Positions 13,974-25,885 of a stretch of 64,000 bases of DNA are shown one piece after another; the first letter of the stretch is position 1; each line of letters begins with the position of its first letter. The stretch spans positions 106,580,001-106,644,000 of the forward strand of contig NW_024704743.1 in NCBI RefSeq assembly GCF_018977255.1. Direction: 5' to 3'. A model generated the notes under the pieces. The model had not been told where the DNA came from. It saw only the letters and a program-made list of their open reading frames with translations, and searched no databases. The translations under genes and the position numbers were made by a program. The stretch is from Callorhinchus milii (lineage: Eukaryota).

Positions 13974-15769
13974 AATCTGCCTTCACTCTATTGTTATATA
14001 TTTAGCACTAACCTGTAGTAAGAACTAAATTGCCTGGATCATCTTTAGTGAATGGTTCTATACACTTGTAGTTTGCATGTTTATTTTATATTATTAGAAT
14101 AACATCAGCACAACTCAGATTGTTAATTAAAATAATTCAGTAGATTAGCGATCATTCACTTTATGGCTGTCTGTGAGACCTTACTGTGTGCGAAATGGTT
14201 GTTGTTTTGCTGCAAGTACACAGTATTGACCACACTATCCTTGACCACACATCCCCATGAAGCACTTGGAGTCATTGTGACGTTATAGGCGTAATATAAA
14301 ATCCAAGGATTGGTCTTTTTCTCAAAAAGTTTCAAATGTTTTAATCGGCTGCTTCAAGAGCATCAAATGTTTAATTGCAGGTGTGTTGTCATTGGCAGCA
14401 CCATTTTTATTTGTTACCAAATCGCATTTCAAACATACCACACTCAGGAACATTTTGCTGCTGATAGTAGTGTCAGGGCTTTATTAAAAAATCTTGTTAA
14501 ACATATTCCATTCCCACTTCTTATTAAAAAGGAATGTCAGGCCCTAAATTAATTGCCGAGGGCTATAATCCACTTGAATATGCAGAAGATACTTTGGAAG
14601 GTTTATAAAACTTGTATAAGGTTTTATAGAAGATCAATCTCAAAGAATGAATAATGAATCACCTAATTGGATTGAAAACTGACTCCGTGCCAGAAAGCAG
14701 AAGGTGATGATAAATGTAAGAGTCTCAGGCCAGGGCATCTGCAAAGTGTGTGTGCCCCTGGGTCTCCTGCTGCTTTTCACAGTGTTCTGGATTCTTTTGG
14801 AAGAAGGCACCCCTAGTGAATCATGACAGCATTGGCTAATCATGCCAAATTATCTCCAGTATGTAACCTGTTAATGAGCTCAACATAGATCAAAAAGTTG
14901 AAAGGAATCTGAATTGGTTATGTGGATAGGTTAAAGAGGAAGTACTTTCTGATTAAATTACTTCCACTCTCCCCTCGCACGCCCCCCTGCTCTCGGAACA
15001 GGTCTGTTCAGTAATTGGGAGAGGGCATGCCACTTTGGATGAGCCATTTCACAGCTGCCTGAATCCAATGCAGCATGTTCTGGAAACTAAGGCAACAATA
15101 ATCTACTAGTATTAATTAGGATTATCTAGTATTGGATAGTATACCAAATTAAGATTTTCTAGAATCTTGAGAGATTTCCCTTTGGGAATTAGGGAGAAAC
15201 TGTGCAGAGCCAAACCTCCAGATATAATACAGGCTGTTTAGTCTTTGTTGGATGAATTTGTACATGGCTTTAGCCTGATGGGTTAAATGTAATTTTTCTG
15301 CCTGAGGCTTCCTTGTGCTCCTGCGAAAGACATTGATGATTGGTTAAAGAAGTGGACCTCCAAAAATTATTATATACAGAATCACACCAGGTTTGTGAAG
15401 ACAATTTTTTATTTAGAAATAGGGGCTGCTGCCTCCTTATATGGAGCCATTGTCTAGCTATAAGCCTATTCAATCTGTTATACTCACTACAACTAAGGAA
15501 GGATTGCTTTGAATCACTGCAGTTTGGTAAGCAACAAAAGGTACGTTATCAGGGGCATACAAACTTAAGCTTGAAAGTATTGAACCCATTCAAATATTGT
15601 AGAATTCAATTGTCTGACATGTATTCAGTTAATTTCTCATCCAATACAACAACTCAGTAACCTTGAATCGGCAGGATTAAGAGGTATTACAACTGAATCA
15701 TTCTGTTACAATAGTTCGTATGTTTTCAGCAAAAAATTCTCATATTGCTTAGCAGAATAACAAGGTGGT

Positions 15770-16310
15770 GTCAGCCTCTCTTAGCTCTCCCGCCTCTGAG
15801 ACAGAAGGCTGTGGGCTCAAACCCTCGTCGGGACTTATAATAATAATAATCCTTGCATTTGATATAGCACCTCATCACATCTTCGAGATGTCTCAAAGCG
15901 CTTCACAGAATATGCTGTAAGGCGAATTGACTGTATACTTTGTGGGCGAGTGACACAATGACTTTGACTTTGAACTAACAGTGTACCTGATATTTCAAAG
16001 CAATGCTGAAGTGGAGAGGAAGAGGGGGGAGGCTACATTGTTGGAAGTGCTGTCCTTGGAAGAGGTATTCAGGTGGACATTAAAGTACAGTTAAAAAGAG
16101 AACGGAGTTTTTCCTGGAGTCCTGGTCAACAATTGACCAGATAATTGGTCACCACTTCATGGCTGTCTGTGCAGCATCGCTGTACACAAGTTGATTGACA
16201 TATTTGCTCATAAATACAGAATCACTACATTTTACAGTAAAATCTTATGAAGCACTTTGAGATTCCTGATGCCATAAGGAGCTATATTAAATGCAAGATT
16301 ATTAATAATA
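15770..16310 (+). mobile_element. Deu-domain SINE interrupted by an antisense SINE tail (15836-15950)
   Basis: Head CTCTGAGACAGAAGGCTGTGGGCTCAAACCC; body resumes with TTCAGGTGGACATTAAAG and TCCTGGTCAAC; inserted (AAT)n-CCTTGCATTTGATATAGC tail. Confidence 0.75.
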
Positions 16311-18011
16311 AGAATATAGTAATATAGAGATGTGAAAATGGTGTTCATGACATTTAGTTAAGTCCAAGTTCATATATATAGTATCCATAGAGTAAGTGAG
16401 GTCTTAAAAGGACATTCAAGGTCAAACATATTAACCAGCGATGCAGGTAATGTAAAATTAAGAGATCTCAAGTGGGGGATTAAGGTGGGATATCCACCTT
16501 CAGCTCTTAATTCTTACAGACAGGACAATCCCATTCATCTTGAATATGAAAACCCCTATACAAATATAATTTTGCATTGTGTACAATTAAATAGAAAAAA
16601 TACTTTTATATTTTTCCATTTCTTATAGCTCCCTGAGATACTGCATATTTTATGTTATTTTCTCTCTCCAGAGATATGCATCTGGATGTTCTGGAGCATC
16701 TGCAGATGTTCTGCAGTTCTGGTTGTGTGTCCACTTGTAGTCGGTTCTTTCAGAGATTAAACTATTTTATTTATAAATTAATTTCTCTGTGGAAATATGC
16801 ATGACTAATATTGTAGGAAAATGTAAAAGATTCACGATTCCCTAATTGCAAAATGTCCCTCAAGATGGTCACAGAACTGAGTGCCAGGGCTGTCTCCGAG
16901 TTAAAATTGCTCGTTGCTTCTGGCTGCTGGCTGTAAAATCTGTACACTTCCAGTCAAAATTCTGACTATGGCACAATAATAAGAGAGCAAACCTAAAGCA
17001 TGGCTCCTTCCTGCCTCCCTGTTCCCTTGGAGGTGAGTGCAGACGTAAAAGAAATCAGATCAATATGTTTCAGTTTGTTGCTCATATCTGGAGTCCAGAC
17101 TCAATACTGTGAAAGCAAAGGCCATATATATCTTCCTCCTTACCTCATCCACTCAGTGCTGGAGTGGACAAAAAGATTATTTTTGTACCAGCTCTAGAGG
17201 TTAACAAGCCATTTCCATCATTTGTGACTTTAATTCATCAAAACCAAGCATTTGGATATTTGTTCAAGAGACTTTTGCAAATTGATCCCTGAAATACTGG
17301 ATGTCAATCTAACTTAAAGGGAAATTAGCACCTAGGGAAACTTGTGGACTTGGGTGGTGATGTGGGGGGGGTCAGGGAAGACTTTTGTTTGCAAAACTAT
17401 TTTTTTCAACTCCTCATGCTCGCTAATATAAGAGTAACTTCCATTTATATAACTAATTTCATTAATGCCTTGAAGCGCTTTACAAAATGGATTAGAAATG
17501 AAGTGAATGTTGTTAAATAGACACATGTGGCAGCTAATCTACATCAACAAGTCTCATAAATGACAATGAGAGTTGCCAATTTATTTGAATTTGAGGGTAA
17601 ATTTGGAATGCAAGACAGGTTATAGGTTATTCCTATTTATGATTGAGGAGGGGGAAGGATGGAGAGTGGACAGAGTCCCTTGAATCATAAGGCAGGTGGA
17701 ATCTGGATTCATAACACAGTCAAAAAAGTGATGATAGTCTGGAAAAATAGAACTGTTCATTTCAAGTCTTGGCTCTGCCTTTTCATGGCTGGCAATTTCC
17801 CAAGAGTAGCAGCTTTGCTCAGCCACACGAAAAGAAACATTAATTCTGTAATGGTACAATAAACTGCACCTCGTCGGGGAATATTTACTAGAGCTATAGA
17901 AAAACCCCACAGCTTTTTCTCTGAGGTAAAAACATTATAGAAAGTATTAACAGGTGCTGCAGAATATCCTCATGGGAATTGAAGGATATTACCCAATCTG
18001 TTAGGTAGGTC

Positions 18012-18709
18012 ATTACCTCCCTCCTGTCTCGCTCACCCTCAAGTCTTCTTTAGCCCGACTCTGCCACTACCTCACCCCTCAGGCCGCTGAAACTCTTGTT
18101 CATGCCTTCATCACCTACAGGCTCCACTACGCAAACGCTCTGCTTGTCGGCCTTCCCAACTCCTCCCTCCACAGGCTGCAGATAATCCAGAACTCTGCAG
18201 CCCGTGTCCTCTCCCGCACCAAACTCTGTGACCCCATCTCCCCCACTCTCGTCTGACTCCATTGACTCCCTATCTTTCAGAGGATCCAGTTCAAGATCCT
18301 GGTCCTCACCTACAAAGCCCTCCATGGCCTCGCCCCACCCTATCTCTGTGACCTCCTAACCCCCTACCAACCCGCCCGTTCCCTCCTCTCAGCCGGCTCT
18401 GGCCTGCTCCACGTCCCCCGACCCACCCGTCCCACCATTGGCGGGAGAGCCTTCAGCCACCCTACCCCCAACCTCTGGAATTCCATCCCCCAGTCACTCC
18501 ACCTCACCCCCTCCTTAGCCTCCTTCAAGTCCTGCCTCAAGCCTCTCCTCTTCGACCCTGCCATCGGCCACCCCCCTTCCCCTCCCCTCCCTTCTCCCTC
18601 GCTGACCCCAGCTCGGGTCTGAAATGCTGTACTCTGTCCAGCGCCTTGGGAAGTTCTCCTGACGTGAAAGGCACTATACAAATGTAATCTTGTTGTTGTT
18701 GTTGTTGTT
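18012..18709 (+). mobile_element. L2-type LINE 3' fragment with (TTG)n tail
   Basis: Encodes L2 C-terminal motifs (AETLVHAFIT, LQIIQNSAARVL); 3' stem-loop GCGCCTTGGG...GTGAAAGGC and (TTG)n. Confidence 0.92.
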
Positions 18710-19154
18710 ATCCTTTCATCTTAGTAATGGCTGAATTCGCTTCTTTCTGTGATCAGCTTTCTATTATGTATCCCATTTCCAGCAAATCACACTCAGTGAA
18801 TGACCCATAAGTTGTTCCCTATTAGTTGTTCCTTTGAATGTGTGGTTAGTGGATTTAGACTTTTCCTTCTTTTATTATGGTTACCTTGACTGCTTCACTT
18901 TTCCTCTCCTTCGTAATCCTGCAGACTGGGTCATGTAGAAATGCTCGAAGCACTTCAAAGCAACACTAACAGACAGGATGGTCATTGCTGGGCAAAAGGT
19001 GCTTTGCACTGTCTCCACCATCCTATTCAAGTGATCCTTCAACTCAATCATTCCAGTTCTGATCCAGGGTTACACTGGAAACTTTAACTTATCTCTTTCA
19101 GCTACTGTCTACTTCCTTTGGGTAGGCAGCATTCTCCACATAATGTTTTATGAT

Positions 19155-19480
19155 AGAATCATAGAATTATACAGCACAGAAGGAGGCCATTTGGCCCATC
19201 GTGTACGTGCCAGCTCTTTGAAAAGAGCTATCCAAATCAATCCCACTCCCCTGCTCTCTCCCCATAGCCCTGCAAACTTGTCTTCCCCAAATAATTATCT
19301 ACTTCTCTCTTAAAAGTTGTTATCAAATTGTCTTCCACCAACCTTTCAGGCAATGCATTCCACATCCGAACAACTTGCTGAGTGAAAACATTTCTCCTCA
19401 CCTCCCCTCTGTTTCTTTTAACAACTATTTTAAATCAGTGTCCTCGGGTTACCAACCCACAGGCCAGTGGAAATAGTTTC
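19155..19480 (-). mobile_element. CR1-type LINE 3' end
   Basis: Near-colinear with 689-985; (ATAGAATC) tail. Confidence 0.9.
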
Positions 19481-19787
19481 AGGAAGTGTTACAGCACAGG
19501 TGGACACCATTATGACCAACCAAACTGGTGCCAGGCTCTGCTCCACTCTCATTCCCCTGCTCTTTACTTATACCTCTTATATTGTTTACTACTATTTTTT
19601 CATCCAAACGTGTGGTAGGCATTTGCTATGTAACGAACCTCTGTGCAAAAAAATAAAAAATTCCCTTTTTCCTCTCATGTAATTTCTCTCGAGTTGAGTA
19701 ATCATCAGTACTAGCACAATGAGGAGCATCATTTCCATAGACCACTGCCTTAGTTAAACTGTTTGTAAAATACTAATTAATTACGGG

Positions 19788-20152
19788 AGACCTGCAGCTT
19801 AGTGGTTAGAGCGCTTGCCTCGCAAGCAAGAGGACCTGGGTTTGATTCCTGGACAGGGTGAAACGTTCGCAAGTTTCCTTTCTCTATATGCCTCTGTTTA
19901 TCTAATAGTACGTAGGTTGTTAGGCGATTGGCAGATCACTTTTCCAGGGGTAATAATCCCTTCAAAAAAATAAAATAACAATTTGGTAACTCAATTCATG
20001 ACTGTGTGTGGGACACTGCTGTGCGCAATTGGCTGCCGCTCTTTGCCCACAAAATATAGTCAATTCACTTTACAGTATATTCTGTGAAGCACTTTGAGAC
20101 ATCTCGAAGACGAGATAAGGTGCTGTATTAAATGCAAAGTTTATTGTTATTA
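19788..20152 (+). mobile_element. tRNA-Ala-derived SINE, long subfamily
   Basis: Head AGTGGTTAGAGCGCTTGCCTCGCAAGC, internal long segment, L2-like tail. Confidence 0.9.
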
Positions 20153-21297
20153 TGTGGAAAGATAGCTGAGATTTCCAATAACACGGTAGCATCTGGGGGA
20201 ATCTGAAAACGGGGCATAATCAGATCAATTTACACGGAGTGATTTAATGTTGCAAAAGAATCCCAAAACATTTTCACATCTGAAAGCTTCCCCCCCACAT
20301 CACCACCCAAGTCCAGTGCCGTAATCCCAGCCTCAGAAGAATATTTCACACCTAAATGCTTTGATTTACCACACACTGTAAAATTATATTTACGAACTGT
20401 CTCAGTGAGATTGGCAATTTAGTATCAATCAGTGTTAAATTACAAACAATCTCACAGGATCCAGACTCTACAGACAGGAGATTTTCATTTCAGCGATGTT
20501 TAGATTTTAACCCATGTTCCACAGGAGAAAAGTAACACGCTTCCACATCCTCCTTTATGAAGAATTTCAACAAAGTCACAATAATCTTTAAATGCAAAGC
20601 AGCAAACCAATTTTTTTTACAGCATGCTACAAACTGACTATGCACAAAGTGAGGCAAGTGACTTAGCAGAGCAAATAGGCTATCAAATTAGCAATGCAAT
20701 GGTTAATTCACTGTTTCTAATTCTGTAACACCATCCAAAAAGCTGTAAATGAGAATATAGCCCTGAGCTTCTGACATAAGTCCTTCATGCCTTCACTGTT
20801 TGCACTTGTGGAATCTCTAAATGGGAAAATTAATGATTTAAAAGGTCATAACTGAGGAGGTGTGAATAACATAAAAGTTTGATTTGAGAAGGCTAATGCA
20901 GTTATTCCGCAGGATAAGGGGTAAAATACATTTGATGGTTCTCCGATGGGAAATTACCTGATGAAAATAACTACGGTTTAAAAATCAATCCCTGTAACTG
21001 ATCTCGTGTTTATATACAAACTTAAGCATTGCTTGGCTTTCAGTCATCACAATATTTTCGATTATTTTTCTAGTCATGAGTGCAACTCATCCCTTCATGA
21101 CTTTTATCTTTGAAACGTTTTCCTGAGAAATTAGTTGACTTAAGAAATTGAATATTTTTATCAACACAAAGTAGAACTTAATACTCCCATTTAAACAAAC
21201 AAACAATGACAACACACTCTCTAAGACAAGTTCTGAAGTAGGGAAGGTGAATAGAGGAGGCCGGACCAGGATCAAAGATGCATATGTGAAGACGATT

Positions 21298-21585
21298 TAA
21301 TCTGCGTGATGTGCTAATCATGTGTAAACATAAATGTCACAAATGAATTACAGATGCCTTTAATTGGGGAATTAAGAACCAATGAATTAGATTTATAACC
21401 TAATTAAATAACCAGCTCGGGTCCGAAACACTGACGTCCAGAGCCTTGGGACGTCTTCTCGATGTGAAATGTGTAATTTTGTTGTAGTTGTTGTTTGAGC
21501 TGTAATCTTTGTTATTTGTTAAGCACATAATTAAGGGCCCTTGTAATTTCCTCTTTACACATGGTTAGCACAATCCGCAAAATAG
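21298..21585. mobile_element. Fold-back (MITE-like) element with an inserted L2 tail (~21410-21496)
   Basis: Left TGTGCTAATCATGTGTAAA...AATTACA...GCCTTTAATT pairs with right AATTAAGGGC...TGTAATT...TTTACACATGGTTAGCACA. Confidence 0.65.
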
Positions 21586-21713
21586 ACCCCATGATATTTC
21601 ATGTTGTTCTTTGAACTTTGAGATTGGCCAGATGTACTTCAACGATCTTTTTTTGATCCTGTACGTTCCAATACACCCACGTAAGAGTTTTTAAGGTGAA
21701 GGAATGCTGGAGA

Positions 21714-21817
21714 AAGCAACAAGTCTTTGGTTAGTGGGTTTGCCCTGATATTCCACCACTTTCCTAAGCAACAAGTCTTTGGTTAGTGGGTTTGCCCTGA
21801 TATTCCACCACTTTCCT
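21714..21817. repeat. Perfect 52-bp tandem duplication
   Basis: AAGCAACAAGTCTTTGGTTAGTGGGTTTGCCCTGATATTCCACCACTTTCCT x2. Confidence 0.97.
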
Positions 21818-21837
21818 TGCCTCTGACATATTCATTA

Positions 21838-22700
21838 TTCCAGAGCCTCGGGGGGTAGTGGCTGAAGGTATGGCCGCTGATGGTGGAGCGGAGGATTCAG
21901 GGAACAAGGAGGAGACCAGACCCAGTGGAGTGAAGGCAACGGGCACTGTTGTGAGGAGAGAGGAGGAGGTAGGGGGTTCAGAGGAGTGGAGGGATTTGAA
22001 GATAAGAGTGAGGATCTTGAAGTCGATCCTCTGTGGGACAGGCAGCCAGTGCAGTCTGGCAAGGAACGAGGTAATCGGGGAGCGGAGTTTGGTGCGGGTG
22101 AGAATGCGGGCGGCAGAGTTCTGGGTGACCTGAATTTTCTGAATGGTAGTGGAGTGGAGACCGGTGAGAAGGGAATTTGAATAGTCCAGCCAAGAGGTGA
22201 CAAAGGCATGGACCAGGGTTTCAGCGGCTTTTGGAGTGAGTTATTGGCGGAGATGGGCGATGTGTTGGAGGTGGAAGAAAGAGGTGCTGGTGAGGGACTG
22301 GATGTGGGGGAGGAAGGATAATTGGGGGTCGAACGCCTAGGTTGCGTATGGGTTCAGAGAGTTTTAGGTGGAGGAGGTGAGAACCATGTGATTTTAGATG
22401 TTGACGAGAGCCAAAGAGTATGGCTTCTGTCTTGTCAACATTTAGCTGAAGGAAATTTGCGCTCATCCAGCCCCTGAGGTCTGACAGGCAGGCTGACGGA
22501 ACATCAGGGGACTGGGGGTCACAAAGTGAGGTGGAAAAATAGAGTTGGGTGTCGTCCGCATACATGTGGAAGTGTACCCCCGTCTGCGGATGACATCCCC
22601 AAGAGGGAGCATATAGATTAGGAAGAGGAGGGGGCCAAGGATGGATCCTGGGGTACCCCGCAGGTAACCGGGTGAGAGCGGGAGGAAAAGCCGTTTGTGC
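21838..22700 (-). mobile_element. L2-type LINE RT fragment
   Basis: ORFs contain [20 protein letters not shown] and FHMYADDTQLY (RT YADD motif); frameshifted. Confidence 0.95.
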
Positions 22701-23654
22701 AGATGTGCACAATTTTGAGAAAAGGGACCTATCAATAACTGTCTCTGGTTGTGATCCCTTTCCTCTCATGATTTCCATCACACATTTGAGCCAGAAACTG
22801 GTAGTTGAGGTTGGAGTGCTGGTTCGAAAGATTAGGCTAGGGGAACTATCACCAGCAAGACAGGTGGGCTGAATGGTATCCTCCTAAGCTGTAACTATAC
22901 TATGAACCTATGATCACCTACAAAACACACAGTCATTCCACTTTGCAGCATAGGGTTTTGAGACGTCCTCCAATGTGAAAGAAGATATATGAAATGTAAA
23001 GTTTTTTTTATATTGTTGCCATCAGTAATCTTCGACCCCTTTAGCCATACCTTAGATAATAAATTCTCAAATATCTTAGGTATTTAGTACATTATTGCTG
23101 CAGTGCATTTTAATATTCAAGCAACAGATGTCACAGTCCCTATGTGTGTGAGGCTTGAAACAACTGCTTTACCCTAAATAAATACTGAGACAAAGAAGTG
23201 AACGAAGCAAAAGAGAAATGATGGTATGTATCACTCTTATGCCTCATTGAAATTAGTCGTGATTTTGAGGTTGTTGGGTTCCTTTCAGTCACAATGAGCA
23301 ATAGTTAAAAAACATGTGGGTCGTACATATAAGAGTAAAAATGTAGAGACAATGCTCTGATGACACAAATTTAATATTCACAGAGAAGCAGTTCTAATTG
23401 AAAATGGATCTGAAGTGGGAGTTGTGCACTGAAGGGTTGTGCAGTTAAGGTTGAGGAAAATGTGTTTGAATAAATTTTAGAATCTCTGTAAATCACTGAA
23501 TAAATTGGGAGCTCCAGGGAAACTTTTGTAGTTTTTATGCTGAAAGACTTTGGTAAATAATATCGGGGAGATTATACTTTTTTTATGTGTTATCTTTGCT
23601 GATCTGAAAGAGCTGTTGGATTTTTTTTCAACAAGCTGTTTGCCAAAACCGTAG

Positions 23655-23905
23655 ATGGTTAAACTGAGTTCCCATCTGCCTGTTCAGGTAGACCTTGAAG
23701 ATCCCATGGTACTATTCAAAATGGGAAGGGAGTTTTTCCCGGTGTTCTGGCTGCTTGAGTGACATTGCTGCGTGGAAATAGGCTACTGCGTTTGCCTACA
23801 AATAGTCACTATGCTTTATAGTAAAATCCTGTGAAGAGCTTGGAGATGCCCTTCTGATATGAAAGGCTCTATACCAAATGCAAGGATAATTATTATTAAT
23901 ATTAT
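23655..23905 (+). mobile_element. Deu-domain SINE fragment
   Basis: TCTGCCTGTTCAGGTAGACCTTGAAGATCCCATGGTACTATTCAAA plus L2-type tail. Confidence 0.75.
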
Positions 23906-23944
23906 TGATTTTTGTTCTGTATCAATTAAACAATTTTAGATATG

Positions 23945-24185
23945 ATGCCAGCAGGGTTGTTAAAGTTACTCTAATTGCCCCTGGTCTGGGAAAGTCAATA
24001 TCTCTACTCTGTAACATCTCTTAATAAGCGCACAAGTCTGGATGTTGACTGAGGACTCAACTGGCCTCAATTGTGATGCCCTCAAGGTTGAATAGCCTTC
24101 TGACGTTCACAGGTTAAGCCACTTCAGTGAACTGCAGCCAGGGGAACCACAATACTGTATAAGTAGTGACTTCTGGAGAGTAGAT
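23945..24185 (+). mobile_element. AmnSINE2-like fragment
   Basis: TGAGGACTCAACTGG...TGTGATGCCCTCAAGGTTGAATAGCCT resembles my recollection of the AmnSINE2 body; a related antisense piece lies at 54240-54375. Confidence 0.5.
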
Positions 24186-24284
24186 GAAAAATTGAGGTGT
24201 TTATGTTTTTAAAAAAAGGCAAATATTTCCTGCTAAATTATGAATCTATGAAACATAAAATTTCTAACTCTAAATTTTGCAGAA

Positions 24285-24625
24285 TAGAACCATAGAAATT
24301 TACAGAAGACCCTTCGGTCCATCCTGTCTGGGGTGGCTCTTTTAAAGAGCAATTTTATTCCAATTTTCTGCCCTTTACCCATTTTCTCTAACCAACAGCT
24401 GTTTTTTTAAACAAGTCCAGTGTCCTGACTTCAACCACCATTCCTAGCAACCTGTTAAAGTTGTTAATTACTCTCTGAGTAAAGAAAAACTTCCTCGTGT
24501 CTGTTCTGAACGTGCCATTTGTAACCCTAAACATATCCCGCCTTGTCCACTTCCTTGGTGCATCCTAAACTATTGTTCTGGGTTTACTTCTTCAATCCCA
24601 TTTAAAATGCTATACTTCTCTATGA
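24285..24625 (-). mobile_element. Old CR1 3' fragment
   Basis: ATAGAACCATAGAAATTTACAG tail; ACTCTCTGAGTAAAGAAAAACTTCCT is the antisense of the R(K/S)FFFTQRV motif. Confidence 0.65.
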
Positions 24626-25345
24626 GTAGTGACCAGCATCCATCTAATTCACTTGATAGTTCTTGTCATTTATGATCTTAATCGCTGATTCTTATCCGAG
24701 AACATTCACTTCTCCCTTGCTCTCTGTGATTTAAAGTAACACATAATATCTCAGTGAAAGGGTGATAGACATGTAGAACAAACTATCATCATGGGTGGTG
24801 AAGAAGGATCTAGAGAGGGTTTCAAAACAAATTAGAGAAGTTTGTGGAAATATAAAGGAACTAGGGTTATCCGATGATAATAAATATGTCAAAGGAATCG
24901 TCTCAAAAAGATAACTAAATAACAGTGTCTACTTCAGTCTGAAACGTTTACTATGTTACTCTTTGCAGAGTAATTCTGAGTAGTATGCGATCCTTCATTT
25001 GTAACCAAAACCAAATTATAGAATGGATCAAAGAAACGTCTACATTCTTCATAGCTTTGAGTTAACTTTTACCTCAATAATTATAATAATCCTTGCACAT
25101 CGGGAGGACAACTCAAAATTCTTTACAGGATTTCACTGTGAAGTGTAGTGATTGTGTATTTTGAAGGCAAACGCAGCAGCCAATATGTGCACATATTATT
25201 TGCCTTTGTCTATTAATCTCTATAAACATTGCCTAAATTAACTATTAAACCTGCCATTCCAAATATTGAGCCATAGTGAACATTATAAAAATGGAACAAA
25301 ACTCAGCAAACTCAATACTGAACAGTGTACAGTTCATGATGCCAA

Positions 25346-25885
25346 AACAACTACAAGTTACATTTGTATAGCGCCTTTCGTGTCAGAAAGACATCCCAAG
25401 GCACTGGACAGTCAAGGATCTACACCTGAGCTGGTGGTTGAGATCAAGTGGGGTGGAAGACGGGGAAGGTACGGGTAGGAGGGTGACTGAAGGCACGGTT
25501 GAAGAGGAGTGTTTTGAGACGGGTCTTGAAGGAGGCAAGGGAGGTGGTGAGGCGGAGGGACTGAGGGATGGAGTTCCAGAGGGTGGGGGAAGAGAAGCTG
25601 AAGGCCCGCTCACCAATGGTGAGGCAAGCAAGGCATGGGATGTGAAACAGGCCAGAGCCCACTGAGCAGAGGGAGCGGACAGGTTGGTAGGGGGTTAGGA
25701 GGTAACAGTGGTAGGGAGGAGCAAGACGTGGAGGGCTTTGAAGGTGAGGACCAGGATCTTGAACTGTATCCTCTGATTGATGGGGAGCCAGTGGAGTAGG
25801 GCGAAGATGGAGTGATAAGGTCGTAGAATCTGTTGCAGGATAGAACACGCGCTGCAGAGGTCTGGATGGTCTGTTACCTCTGGAG
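25346..25885 (-). mobile_element. L2-type LINE 3' fragment
   Basis: ORF 25444..25848 has GERAFSFSSPTLWNSIP...ASFKTRLKTLLF; (CAA)n-like tail. Confidence 0.92.
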
